Shown one piece after another: positions 9,854 to 18,208 of a DNA stretch of 64,000 nucleotides. The position numbers were made by a program, and so were the translations under genes. Each line of letters opens with the position of its first letter. Position 1 is the first letter of the stretch. The notes below the pieces were generated by a model that did no database searches, was not told the origin of the DNA, and was given only the letters and a program-made list of their open reading frames with translations. The stretch comes from Thermoproteota archaeon (GTDB taxonomy: Archaea; Thermoproteota; Methanomethylicia; Methanomethylicales; Methanomethylicaceae): NCBI GenBank assembly GCA_029887795.1, contig JARXPE010000002.1:8904-72903 (forward strand), given 5' to 3'.

Positions 9854-10267
9854 ATGGCACACGAGCAAGAGATAATGAAGGTGGATTCGAAGGGCAGGAT
9901 AACAATACCCTCGCACATGAGGGGCGAGCTAGGGATGAAGGAGGGGTCCTATGCCTCGGTCATGATCAACAGACAAGACAAAAGCATTGTAATAAGACCA
10001 TTTGCTGGCTCGCATGCAAAACTTGTAGAAATGAGATTAATGATACCCGACAGGCCCGGCGCATTGGCGAGAGCCGCTAGGGCGCTCAGCGAAATGAATG
10101 TTGATCTGCTGAGTAGCAACTCAAGGACGATAAAAAAAGGGGAAGTTGCTGAGTGGGTGGTCGTGGCTGATGTAGGTCAGCTCAGGATTGGTATTGAAGA
10201 TTTAAAAAAGAATTTAATCATGAGCAAGGACGTATTATCCGTGGACGTGAGAGAGCTCAGGCTTTAG
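9854..10267 (+). CDS. AbrB/SpoVT-type DNA-binding domain fused to an ACT domain
   Basis: N-terminal KVDSKGRITIPSHMRGELGMKEG (swapped-hairpin AbrB/MazE type). C-terminal IPDRPGALARAARALSEMNVDLLS (ACT). Confidence 0.7.
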   Translation: MAHEQEIMKVDSKGRITIPSHMRGELGMKEGSYASVMINRQDKSIVIRPFAGSHAKLVEMRLMIPDRPGALARAARALSEMNVDLLSSNSRTIKKGEVAEWVVVADVGQLRIGIEDLKKNLIMSKDVLSVDVRELRL

Positions 10268-10344
10268 TCAGCAATTCTCATAATAGTGACGACAAAAGAT
10301 AGAATCATAGGAGTAAGTGATCTCATACCCCAATCGCCTGAACA

Positions 10345-12261
10345 TTATTCTAGTCCTAGCGCTTTTCTCTTCTCGAGGATATGGGATTCTATGGCTTCTG
10401 CAGCCTTTTGCATATCATTTTCAAGCAACAAGCGTCCTCCAGTAATATCCTTGAGATCCTCTGATAGTAATTTCATCAATCTAGCTCCGCCGGTTATTGG
10501 AGGTGTGGGCGAGACATGTGTGAGTACTCCAAAGGCTAGCGCGAAGATAGCGTCGATGGTGGCTTTTTGCTCCATATACTGTGGTGCAGTAACAGCTACG
10601 GGCAGGTCAGGCACATCCACGTTAAGCGCCTTCGCGACCTCTGAGACCAGTATGGAAAGCCTGCCAGTGTCTGTGCATGTGCCAAAAGACAGAACCGGAG
10701 GGATTCCTAGCGCCCTGCAGAGGGAGCTTAATCCCGGACCTGCAAGCTCGCAAGCCTCAGGGGCACATAGTCCACCAACCTGCAGAGCTGCATTACCACA
10801 CCCCATGGAAAGCACAAGAATGTCTCGTTTTATCAGCTCTTTTGCCATGGTTATCGTCGGCACATCATGAGGGCCGTTCCCGATGCTGGTACAGGATACT
10901 AGACCCACTACACCTTTTAACTGCCCTCCCTTTATTGCTTCTAGGAGAGGAACAAGGGTGCCCCCCAAAATGGAAAGGATCGACTCAATAGAGAAGCCTA
11001 CAATGGCTGACTGAACCTTAGTCGGTATTTTAAGCCCTGCTCCCCTCCGCCTCTTGAAGTTTTCAATTGCGAGTTTCACGATCTGTTCAGACTGGGCAGC
11101 CACATTCTCAGGCATATAGTCGATGTGTTTGTCGACGCCCCTTATGTTTACGAGTGGTGAGACCGACACAAACGTTGTTGGGTACTTTGGCACGTACTCC
11201 TCCAAAGACGGAGGCGAGCAATTCATGTCCATGGCGAATACGTCAACCGCGCCTGTAGCTATGAGCGGTTCTATGGATATCCAGTTCCCTGTCATGCCCA
11301 CGAAGACATCATCCAATTCCCTTCTCTGAAGGATCTCCTGACCGGTCTCGATTGATCCTATGATCCTTATCCCCTTGGCTCCCGCCCTCTTTGCAGAGTC
11401 CTGAACCTCCGGTCTCCTGCAATACTCTATGAGAGCCATGCCCACAAACGGCTCATGACCGTTGACAACAATGTTTACGTAAGAAGGATCCAGAATGCCA
11501 AAATCGAAGTACATTCTGTGAGGACTTGGAGTTCCGAATAGTATGTCTTGACCGTACTCCAGCGGTATGAGCGACCCGTATATGCAGGATAGGGCAAGCC
11601 TCATCGCCGTCTTTGCAAGGGAGACATAATCGCCATCTACGTTTGTGAGGCAGTGTGATATTGCATCTATCTGCTCGTTCGCAGGACCTCCCGGTATTAT
11701 TCCCAATTTTTTCCAGGTAGCGACCCTACCGGGCGTGGCGAAAGTCTCAACAGTCTTCAGACTTGCATTCGAGTCACTGTTTATAATAGACAACATGAGG
11801 TGTCCAAGCTCGATAGCAAGTCGATCGGCAGGGCGGTTAACGTCAAGTCCAAGCCTGCCTGCAAAATCTTTGAGTTTGTTTGTGTCAGAAATCTTGAATG
11901 GGGTTTTCCCCTCTCCGGTCGCGATCAAGGTCTTTGCGACCTCGCGAGCGTGGTAGGTGTAAGTAGAGAGGCCCATAGCGTTTCTGAGGAGCATGTACCT
12001 AATTGCCATTCCGTCTCCGTCCATCCCGCAGGCACCCCTCTCCAGCTTCCCAGGTATTATCCTGCAAGGACCATTGCTGCAGAATTGGCAGCTGAGCCCT
12101 TTAGCGCAGAACGACTTGCATCGTATCTGTTCCTGTGCTGCCCACCTATCCCACAGGTTGGTCATGCCGTCCTCCTTCAATTTCTTGTACATTTCTTTTA
12201 TAGACTCATGTGCACTTATTTCAAAAGACAAAATAATCCCCAGTTTTAAGTAATCATACAT
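10345..12261 (-). CDS. cooS: CooS-family protein (Ni-CODH catalytic-subunit scaffold, possibly deviant/hybrid-cluster type)
   Basis: N-terminal Cys motif CKSFCAKGLSCQFCSNGPCRI...GACG, plus NGHEP, MNCSPPS, VSCTS, MGCGNAAL and GTCTDTGR blocks matching CooS. ATG at 12261 is preferred. The ORF is open to 12306. Confidence 0.85.
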   Translation of the reverse strand: MYDYLKLGIILSFEISAHESIKEMYKKLKEDGMTNLWDRWAAQEQIRCKSFCAKGLSCQFCSNGPCRIIPGKLERGACGMDGDGMAIRYMLLRNAMGLSTYTYHAREVAKTLIATGEGKTPFKISDTNKLKDFAGRLGLDVNRPADRLAIELGHLMLSIINSDSNASLKTVETFATPGRVATWKKLGIIPGGPANEQIDAISHCLTNVDGDYVSLAKTAMRLALSCIYGSLIPLEYGQDILFGTPSPHRMYFDFGILDPSYVNIVVNGHEPFVGMALIEYCRRPEVQDSAKRAGAKGIRIIGSIETGQEILQRRELDDVFVGMTGNWISIEPLIATGAVDVFAMDMNCSPPSLEEYVPKYPTTFVSVSPLVNIRGVDKHIDYMPENVAAQSEQIVKLAIENFKRRRGAGLKIPTKVQSAIVGFSIESILSILGGTLVPLLEAIKGGQLKGVVGLVSCTSIGNGPHDVPTITMAKELIKRDILVLSMGCGNAALQVGGLCAPEACELAGPGLSSLCRALGIPPVLSFGTCTDTGRLSILVSEVAKALNVDVPDLPVAVTAPQYMEQKATIDAIFALAFGVLTHVSPTPPITGGARLMKLLSEDLKDITGGRLLLENDMQKAAEAIESHILEKRKALGLE

Positions 12262-12388
12262 CGTTATAAAAGTTCGCCATATATTCACCAAGTTATTAAT
12301 TTGCATATCAACCTGTTAATAGAGTCATAATTCGTGGAAATTCACAAATTTGGTTTATTAAATTAGTCGCCAGCTCGATAATTTCAAT

Positions 12389-12396
12389 AAAAAAAA
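12389..12396 (-). terminator. Oligo-T tract (T8 on minus strand) after the small zinc-ribbon ORF
   Basis: An A8 run on the plus strand lies 33 nt past the stop. Archaeal termination commonly uses oligo-T. Confidence 0.3.
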
Positions 12397-12428
12397 GGTT
12401 TTAACTCATGAGCACCCGTTCGAGTTGC

Positions 12429-12542
12429 TTAGGAGACTTTAGAGCCGCAAGTCTTGCAGTAAGCAGACTCTGAAGGGATCTCAGAACCGCATTTGTGGCA
12501 GAATATTTTGGCAGCCTTCTGCTTAGTCAATCTCAAGAACAC
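12429..12542 (-). CDS. Small zinc-ribbon protein (about 37 aa, not in ORF track)
   Basis: My translation is VFLRLTKQKAAKIFCHKCGSEIPSESAYCKTCGSKVS*. It has two CxxC pairs, a GTG start, and a T8 run downstream. Confidence 0.4.
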   Translation of the reverse strand: MFLRLTKQKAAKIFCHKCGSEIPSESAYCKTCGSKVS

Positions 12543-12625
12543 CTTTAGCCTTATTCCTAGAGATTGAGATATAAATACTTTTATTGCGTATATTATAAAT
12601 TAAAAAATTACTTGAGGCTATAATA

Positions 12626-13153
12626 ATGAAAAAATCAGTATTTTTTGGTATAAGTGCGATATTGGTGTTATATGGAGGCATCTTCCTTGCAATTTCAAGA
12701 GCTCAATGGTTCAGTTGGACAGAGAATGCTCTCAGCGACCTAGGAAACCTGAGGTATGACACTGCCCCTATTTTTAATGTAACTCTTCTCATAGCAGGGC
12801 TTTTGTTAGTATTGTATTCCTCTATCGCCTTAAGAGAACATGCTCCTAAAACTGCTTATTTTTTGGCTTTAACTGGTTTTGCCATGCAGCTAGTTGGACT
12901 ACTCTGCGAAAACTACGGGCGTTTGCACTTCTATGTATCAGTCTTGCTATTTGTTTCTCTGCCATTTGCCGCAGTATCGTATTTTATCGAAAAGAGGTGC
13001 TACTTGACTTGGTTGGTCTTTGCCGCAGTTCCGGTATGGGTGCTATACTTTCAAGGTAACCTGTTCCCAGGCGTAGCCATACCAGAGATTTTTTCGTCAT
13101 TCGTGATGCTGCCTTGGCTCGCGAAAACACTTATTAGTGTATGGAGGGGGTAG
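12626..13153 (+). CDS. DUF998-like membrane protein
   Basis: 175 aa with 5-6 hydrophobic helices. The motif WTENALSDLGN after TM1 resembles DUF998. Confidence 0.55.
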   Translation: MKKSVFFGISAILVLYGGIFLAISRAQWFSWTENALSDLGNLRYDTAPIFNVTLLIAGLLLVLYSSIALREHAPKTAYFLALTGFAMQLVGLLCENYGRLHFYVSVLLFVSLPFAAVSYFIEKRCYLTWLVFAAVPVWVLYFQGNLFPGVAIPEIFSSFVMLPWLAKTLISVWRG

Positions 13154-13485
13154 CTCGCAGTTTGGTGAGTTTAATGAATGAAAAGTTGAGGATGAAGGAT
13201 GTTATTGATTATCATACCGGAGCTATAGTCAGCAAGACTTTGATAGACAAAGAGAACGGCAGTGTAACGGCCTTTGCCTTTGACGAAGGTCAAGGTCTGA
13301 GTGAGCATACGGCACCCTATGATGCCTTAGTTTATATATTGGAAGGTGAGGCTGAAGTAACAATCGCTGGTAAAAGCCACAAGCTCAATGAGGGAGATTA
13401 CATCATCATGTCGGCCAATATGCCCCATTCCCTAAGAGCATTGAACAGGTTCAAGATGTTGTTGGTAATGATAAAGTCGTCATAG
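13141..13485 (+). CDS. Cupin domain protein
   Basis: GLSEHTAPYDALVYILEGEAEVTIAGKSHKLNEGDYIIMSANMPHSL is a cupin barrel. An alternative ATG lies at 13174. Confidence 0.8.
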   Translation: MEGVARSLVSLMNEKLRMKDVIDYHTGAIVSKTLIDKENGSVTAFAFDEGQGLSEHTAPYDALVYILEGEAEVTIAGKSHKLNEGDYIIMSANMPHSLRALNRFKMLLVMIKSS

Positions 13486-13522
13486 CCACATTGAAAATAA
13501 AGATGGCCCAAGATTTCGCAAC

Positions 13523-16500
13523 TCATTTGTTTGCACATATCTTACATACATTTTTCTTGAAAACACCGAACCTCTTTATCTCGACCATACATCTTGGGCA
13601 GACCTCGCGCCTGCAGTCTGGACAGGTACTAATATGAGCTGCACACAAAGTGGCGCCGCAGAGAGAGCACGTCAATCTGTCCGATTTGCAGAGAGCTTTT
13701 CCACAGACGCTGCACTTGGATTGTGTCTCCAGTAAACAGAAGATCTTTCCACATGCAGAGCATTGCCAAGAATGGGGCTTACAAACCTCCTGCCCACACT
13801 CAGAGCACCTAACCGTGCACCCTTCGCAAAATACTTTGCCACAGATCTTGCACTTCACCTGCTCTAGAGTGCATAGGCCCTTTCCGCAATTAGAGCACCT
13901 TTGTATGTGGGCATCATAATGTGTGGTACAGTACAAATTCTTGCAGACCTTGCACTCTCTAACGTGTTCTCTGCAATAGGCTTTATCAATGCATTCGTTG
14001 CACCTATAGACGCAGTCAGTGCAGAGCTTCTTCCCACAGGCGCTACAGATGTGTGGCTTTTCGTCCATGCAGTAGGACTTCCCGCAGTTCGGGCACGACC
14101 ATACATGATCAGCGCATACGCCCCTCCCGCAGAGGGAGCATACCTTTAAATGGGATGGGCAGTACATTTCTCCGCATTTGAAACAGATCAAAGGCCCTTC
14201 CAGCGAGTCTATGGATCCTCCGCACTCGGCACAGCTACCGAATATTCCTCTCCCATTCACGGCATTCCACTCAAACCTGAAGTCTTTGCTTGTTCCCTCA
14301 AAGTGGAGGCGGTATAGTGCCTCGATCATTGGGATCCACACTACTTGTATAACCTCTACTTCCACCTCGTCATGCTTTGGTTGAAATACCATGGTCTGTA
14401 GTGGGGTCTCGAGCAAGGAGTCGACTTCTGAATTCACATTGGCAATCTCCTCACGCATCTGTCTTTCGAGCCGATCTCCCTCCTTTCTCAGATTGTTGAT
14501 CTTCGAACTCAACTCCATAATCCTCTTCTCGAGCCTGGCCAGCCGTACCTCTCTCGTCTGAATCTGTTCCGAAAGCTTGAGTATTGATCTCCCTTCTCTT
14601 TCGGCTTTGGACCTCTCCCTATTGAGAGATCGCAACTCGTCCCTTATCCCCTCAACCAGTTTGTTCAGGCTTTCGTATTCTTCTCTGACAGTGTTTATGG
14701 AAGATTCGACTTCCTTAATCTTAGAAGCATATGAAGATTTTATCTCAGCGGACCTGTTATTCTTTATTTCATCAATTTTTGCCTTTAGCCTCTTTTTATA
14801 CTCCTCGAGCGACTCTCCTGGCCTAGAATACTCGCCCAAGTCCTTATGGTAGTAGACGCTTTGTGTGAGCTTTGATATTGCGTAAGTCTTGAGTAGTCCT
14901 TTCAGAGCCTCTACGCTGGAACTCTCGAAGAGTACAGAGGTTGGCAGTTCGTGCCGACCATCCCTAGAGGGAGATGGCGAGGAACCTATTTCGACGACCT
15001 CATTAGCCGTTAGTTTGTAAGCAGATTCGTGCCTCCAATCTACAATTGATATGGAGGAATCTGCTGGGACGAGCCTTCGCAGACGTTCCTTGAATTCGAG
15101 AGATGGAATTTTTCTGACAGAATTTACCGTCGCCTCAGCAAACAAGGCAGGCATATAGCGGAGGTCGGATTTTATGACCTCCGCATGGTCCAAAGTCTTG
15201 TTATCCTTGAGTGTCTCCAACATGCTGTTTTCGTCTACTTTGATTGGCATGTAATTGACAGGAAGGGATGGAGGCAGGGAAGGAGGCGCGCCCGGAGCGC
15301 CCCGCATCTTGGTCAAGCGCTCCTTAAGTGCGACCATTCTTTTTCGCATCTTCTCCCTCTCTTCAGGGGACACAAAATCTAGTGGGTTGAAACCGGGAGC
15401 GCCGTGTCTTGTTTCCCTACATCTGACCTTCACATGGAGGGGGACCCTCTCCACTACATCCCCTGTGATTATGGCGTCTCCGGGCTCTAGCCAATTTATC
15501 TCGTAAGCCCATTCATTGCCGAGTCCTCCACTCTCTAATGCTATTCTCACGTCGTTGGGGTCTGTCAGTTGGTGAATTATCCAAGTCGCGGAGAGGCTTC
15601 TCACGGTCATGTCAAGAAGTTGTGGTCGCTGGGTTAGGACTATCAAGTTTGCACCAAACTTTCTGCCCTCTTGGGCAAACCTTCTAACAACATCCAGCGT
15701 TTCCTTGACCAGAGGATCCTTTTGTTTGGTTCTCCCAGCAAATATGTGTGCTTCGTCCAAAACAAGGTAGAAGGGGGGGATTTGCATGACCATTATAGCT
15801 TCAAGCAGCTTGTTTAGTAGCTTTCCAACAATAGAATATTGATCTTGGGTTGGAAGACCTCTCAGGTTTACGATGGTGCACTGCATCTGGCTGACCAAGT
15901 CCTCTGGTTTCGCACCGTCGATGGCTGAAATGTCTATGTCAGCTCCGGGGTTGAAAATTATGTCGGCAAATTCTATTATTTGTTCTGAGTATGACTTTGG
16001 CTCCACCTTAAAATCCTTTGAAGGTGACTCGGCCGGAACCTTGAGGCTGGAGTACTCTCCATGAGCATCGATTATCACGAGAGGGACTCCTTTCTTGATT
16101 AGTTCCTCTGCCATAACGCCCATTGTGTAAGATTTGCCAGCACCTGGCTTCCCAACAATAAAAACTCTGGTCAATTTCTTGACTGGGAGCCAAACCATCA
16201 GGTCCCTTGACTTCAACTTTCCAATGTACAATCCTTCGGCATCTGCAGTAAGAATTCCGAGCCCCCTCCTAATAGTCTCATCGGAGGCCATATAGACCTC
16301 AGATCCAGGTGGAAAGGGGGTCTTGGGCGACGGACCTACCACGATACAGCTTCCCAGGAGCTTATCCCCGCTCCTCTTAACTTCTTTTATAATGAGTAAA
16401 AATGGCTTACCTTCGTGAACTACCTCAACATAGTCATTCCTTCCGTAGCTTTCGTTGGTTATAATCATTGAGAAGGAATCTGTGCTCGTAATGCCCTCGA

Positions 16501-16531
16501 TCTTACCTACGACTACGGGGTTAGAGATCAA
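13523..16531 (-). CDS. HerA/DUF87-like P-loop ATPase fused to a coiled coil and a C-terminal zinc-ribbon repeat array
   Basis: N-terminal barrel, Walker A GKPGAGKS, Walker B FYLVLDEAH, and IVLTQRP...IIHQL arginine-finger region. Heptad-rich aa 575-710. About 50 Cys in aa 767-1000. TTG start. Confidence 0.85.
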   Translation of the reverse strand: MISNPVVVGKIEGITSTDSFSMIITNESYGRNDYVEVVHEGKPFLLIIKEVKRSGDKLLGSCIVVGPSPKTPFPPGSEVYMASDETIRRGLGILTADAEGLYIGKLKSRDLMVWLPVKKLTRVFIVGKPGAGKSYTMGVMAEELIKKGVPLVIIDAHGEYSSLKVPAESPSKDFKVEPKSYSEQIIEFADIIFNPGADIDISAIDGAKPEDLVSQMQCTIVNLRGLPTQDQYSIVGKLLNKLLEAIMVMQIPPFYLVLDEAHIFAGRTKQKDPLVKETLDVVRRFAQEGRKFGANLIVLTQRPQLLDMTVRSLSATWIIHQLTDPNDVRIALESGGLGNEWAYEINWLEPGDAIITGDVVERVPLHVKVRCRETRHGAPGFNPLDFVSPEEREKMRKRMVALKERLTKMRGAPGAPPSLPPSLPVNYMPIKVDENSMLETLKDNKTLDHAEVIKSDLRYMPALFAEATVNSVRKIPSLEFKERLRRLVPADSSISIVDWRHESAYKLTANEVVEIGSSPSPSRDGRHELPTSVLFESSSVEALKGLLKTYAISKLTQSVYYHKDLGEYSRPGESLEEYKKRLKAKIDEIKNNRSAEIKSSYASKIKEVESSINTVREEYESLNKLVEGIRDELRSLNRERSKAEREGRSILKLSEQIQTREVRLARLEKRIMELSSKINNLRKEGDRLERQMREEIANVNSEVDSLLETPLQTMVFQPKHDEVEVEVIQVVWIPMIEALYRLHFEGTSKDFRFEWNAVNGRGIFGSCAECGGSIDSLEGPLICFKCGEMYCPSHLKVCSLCGRGVCADHVWSCPNCGKSYCMDEKPHICSACGKKLCTDCVYRCNECIDKAYCREHVRECKVCKNLYCTTHYDAHIQRCSNCGKGLCTLEQVKCKICGKVFCEGCTVRCSECGQEVCKPHSWQCSACGKIFCLLETQSKCSVCGKALCKSDRLTCSLCGATLCAAHISTCPDCRREVCPRCMVEIKRFGVFKKNVCKICANK
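13532..14233 (-). repeat. Tandem Cys-rich repeat (about 13 units of 15-16 codons, CxxCG(K)xxC-x2-3-H/C) inside the HerA-like CDS
   Basis: CxxC motifs at aa 783, 798, 813, 829, 844, 860, 879, 894, 909, 924, 940, 955 and 970. Additional ones at aa 767 and 996. Confidence 0.8.
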
Positions 16532-16725
16532 TTCAAAGACCTCTTCATAAGAGTATGAACGTATAGCTTAAAAAATGTTCGGAGGCAACCCCAGTCAAAA
16601 AACGATTTGCGTCTACTAAAGTAAAATATACGAACTGATTTTATGGAATAAAATAAATAAATAGTATGGTAAAAGACGAAAAAATTTATATAAGGTTCGA
16701 AAACAAATATTGGCGGTGCGATTCG

Positions 16726-18114
16726 ATGAGAAAAGTAATGATACTTGACACGACCCTTCGAGAGGGCGAACAGACACCTGGTGTGTCCTTTACTGTAGAA
16801 GAGAAGTTGCAAATAGCGAGGGCCCTCGATGAGGCAGGGGTCGATATGATAGAGGCAGGGCATCCTGCCGTTTCAAGGGACGTGGCCGAGGCCGTTAAGA
16901 AGATAGCCTCGGAAAGACTCTCCGCAGAGATATTGGCTCATAGCAGGGCGATCATAGCTGATGTAGATGCCGCCCTAAACTGCGATGTGCAGAGGGTGGC
17001 CATATTCCTAGGAGTGACCGAGGCAAAACTAAGATCTATGAAAATGACAAAAGAGGATGCAGTCAGCACAGCCATCTCATGTATAGAGTATGCCAAATCC
17101 CATGGGTTAAAGGTCAGGTTCACCGCAGAGGATGCGACGAGGGCTGAATATGAGTACGTGGTGAGTATATGCAGGGCGGCAGTGGAGGCGGGTGCTGACA
17201 GAATAAGCATACCAGACACAGTGGGGTCGATGACGCCGAGCAAGACAAAGGATCTTTTCACAAAACTCTCAAAGGATTTAAAAGCCGAGCTGGATGCCCA
17301 CTGCCACAATGATCTGGGGATGGCCGTTGCCAACGCGCTGGCTGCTGTGGAGGGAGGAGCCACAGCGGTGCACACCACCGTAAATGGCCTCGGGGAGAGA
17401 GCGGGCATAACCGCGCTCGAGCCTTTCGCGGTGGCCCTCAAAGTTCTTTATGATGTCGATACCGTGGAGCTTGACAAGCTCCCTGAGCTTTCGGCAATGG
17501 TTGAAAAGTTCAGCGGCATACCAGTCGCGCCTACGCAGCCCATTGTTGGGGAGAACGCTTTTTCTCATAAAGGAGGGGTCCACGCAGCCGCGGTTATCTT
17601 CGATCCAAGGACTTACGAAGCATTCCCTCCAGGACTTGTGGGGAGGCAGAGGGAGATCGTTATCAGTAAATATGCGGGGAGAGTGGCGGTTGAGGATAGG
17701 CTCAAGAGGCTGGGCGTGGCGCTTAATGAGGAGGAGCTCCTGAAAGTACTTTCTGCAATAAAGGAGAGACCCGAAATACGGAGTTACAGGGATGTAGATC
17801 TTTTAGAGTTGGCAGAAAAGGCTACGGGAAGGAGGCTCGAGGTTCAGGTTCCAAAAAAGATAGAGGCAATAGTTATGGTCAAGTGTGAGTCCAACGTCTA
17901 CACTACTTCTGTGGCGAGGAGGATCCTTTGGATTAAGGGGGTTGAGCGGGTTCTTGAAGTGAGCGGGGACTTTGACATTGAAGTCTTGATAAATGTTGAC
18001 TCTATAACGCAGATGAATGAAGTACTTGAGAACATCAGGTTAATCAAGGGTGTGACGGGGACCAACACAAGGGTGGTTCTCAAAAAATTCAACTCACTCT
18101 CCAGGCAAGAGTGA
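16726..18114 (+). CDS. Homocitrate synthase / 2-isopropylmalate synthase family enzyme with C-terminal RAM-like regulatory domain
   Basis: TTLREGEQTPGV, HCHNDLGMAVANALAA and HKGGVH motifs. The C-terminal 80 aa resemble an Lrp/AsnC ligand-binding (RAM) domain. ATG 16726 is preferred over the 16666 start. Confidence 0.8.
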   Translation: MRKVMILDTTLREGEQTPGVSFTVEEKLQIARALDEAGVDMIEAGHPAVSRDVAEAVKKIASERLSAEILAHSRAIIADVDAALNCDVQRVAIFLGVTEAKLRSMKMTKEDAVSTAISCIEYAKSHGLKVRFTAEDATRAEYEYVVSICRAAVEAGADRISIPDTVGSMTPSKTKDLFTKLSKDLKAELDAHCHNDLGMAVANALAAVEGGATAVHTTVNGLGERAGITALEPFAVALKVLYDVDTVELDKLPELSAMVEKFSGIPVAPTQPIVGENAFSHKGGVHAAAVIFDPRTYEAFPPGLVGRQREIVISKYAGRVAVEDRLKRLGVALNEEELLKVLSAIKERPEIRSYRDVDLLELAEKATGRRLEVQVPKKIEAIVMVKCESNVYTTSVARRILWIKGVERVLEVSGDFDIEVLINVDSITQMNEVLENIRLIKGVTGTNTRVVLKKFNSLSRQE

Positions 18115-18208
18115 GATATCAGGGATGATGATAAATAGAAAAATGTCTAAAGAATAAAAGCCAAAAGATAGTATTCAAAGGGAAGTGCCCAAAAACTCAC
18201 AGAACAGG

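Noticed and set aside
10286-12253. Several 60-194-aa plus-strand ORFs (10286-10870, 10677-10991, 11645-11956, 11800-12249 and others).
   Set aside because: All are antisense to the CooS-like gene, which has strong family motifs. Their translations are Ser/Pro/Ala-rich with no recognisable domains.
12429-12542. Possibility that the small zinc-ribbon ORF is the missing LysW carrier.
   Set aside because: It lacks the acidic C-terminal tail ending in EDWGE-like residues that is required for substrate attachment, and it is shorter than LysW.
16528-16863. 111-aa minus-strand ORF upstream of the HerA-like gene.
   Set aside because: It overlaps the homocitrate synthase 5' region and the AT-rich divergent promoter. 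Its composition is Phe/Tyr/Ile-rich, typical of AT-rich non-coding translation.
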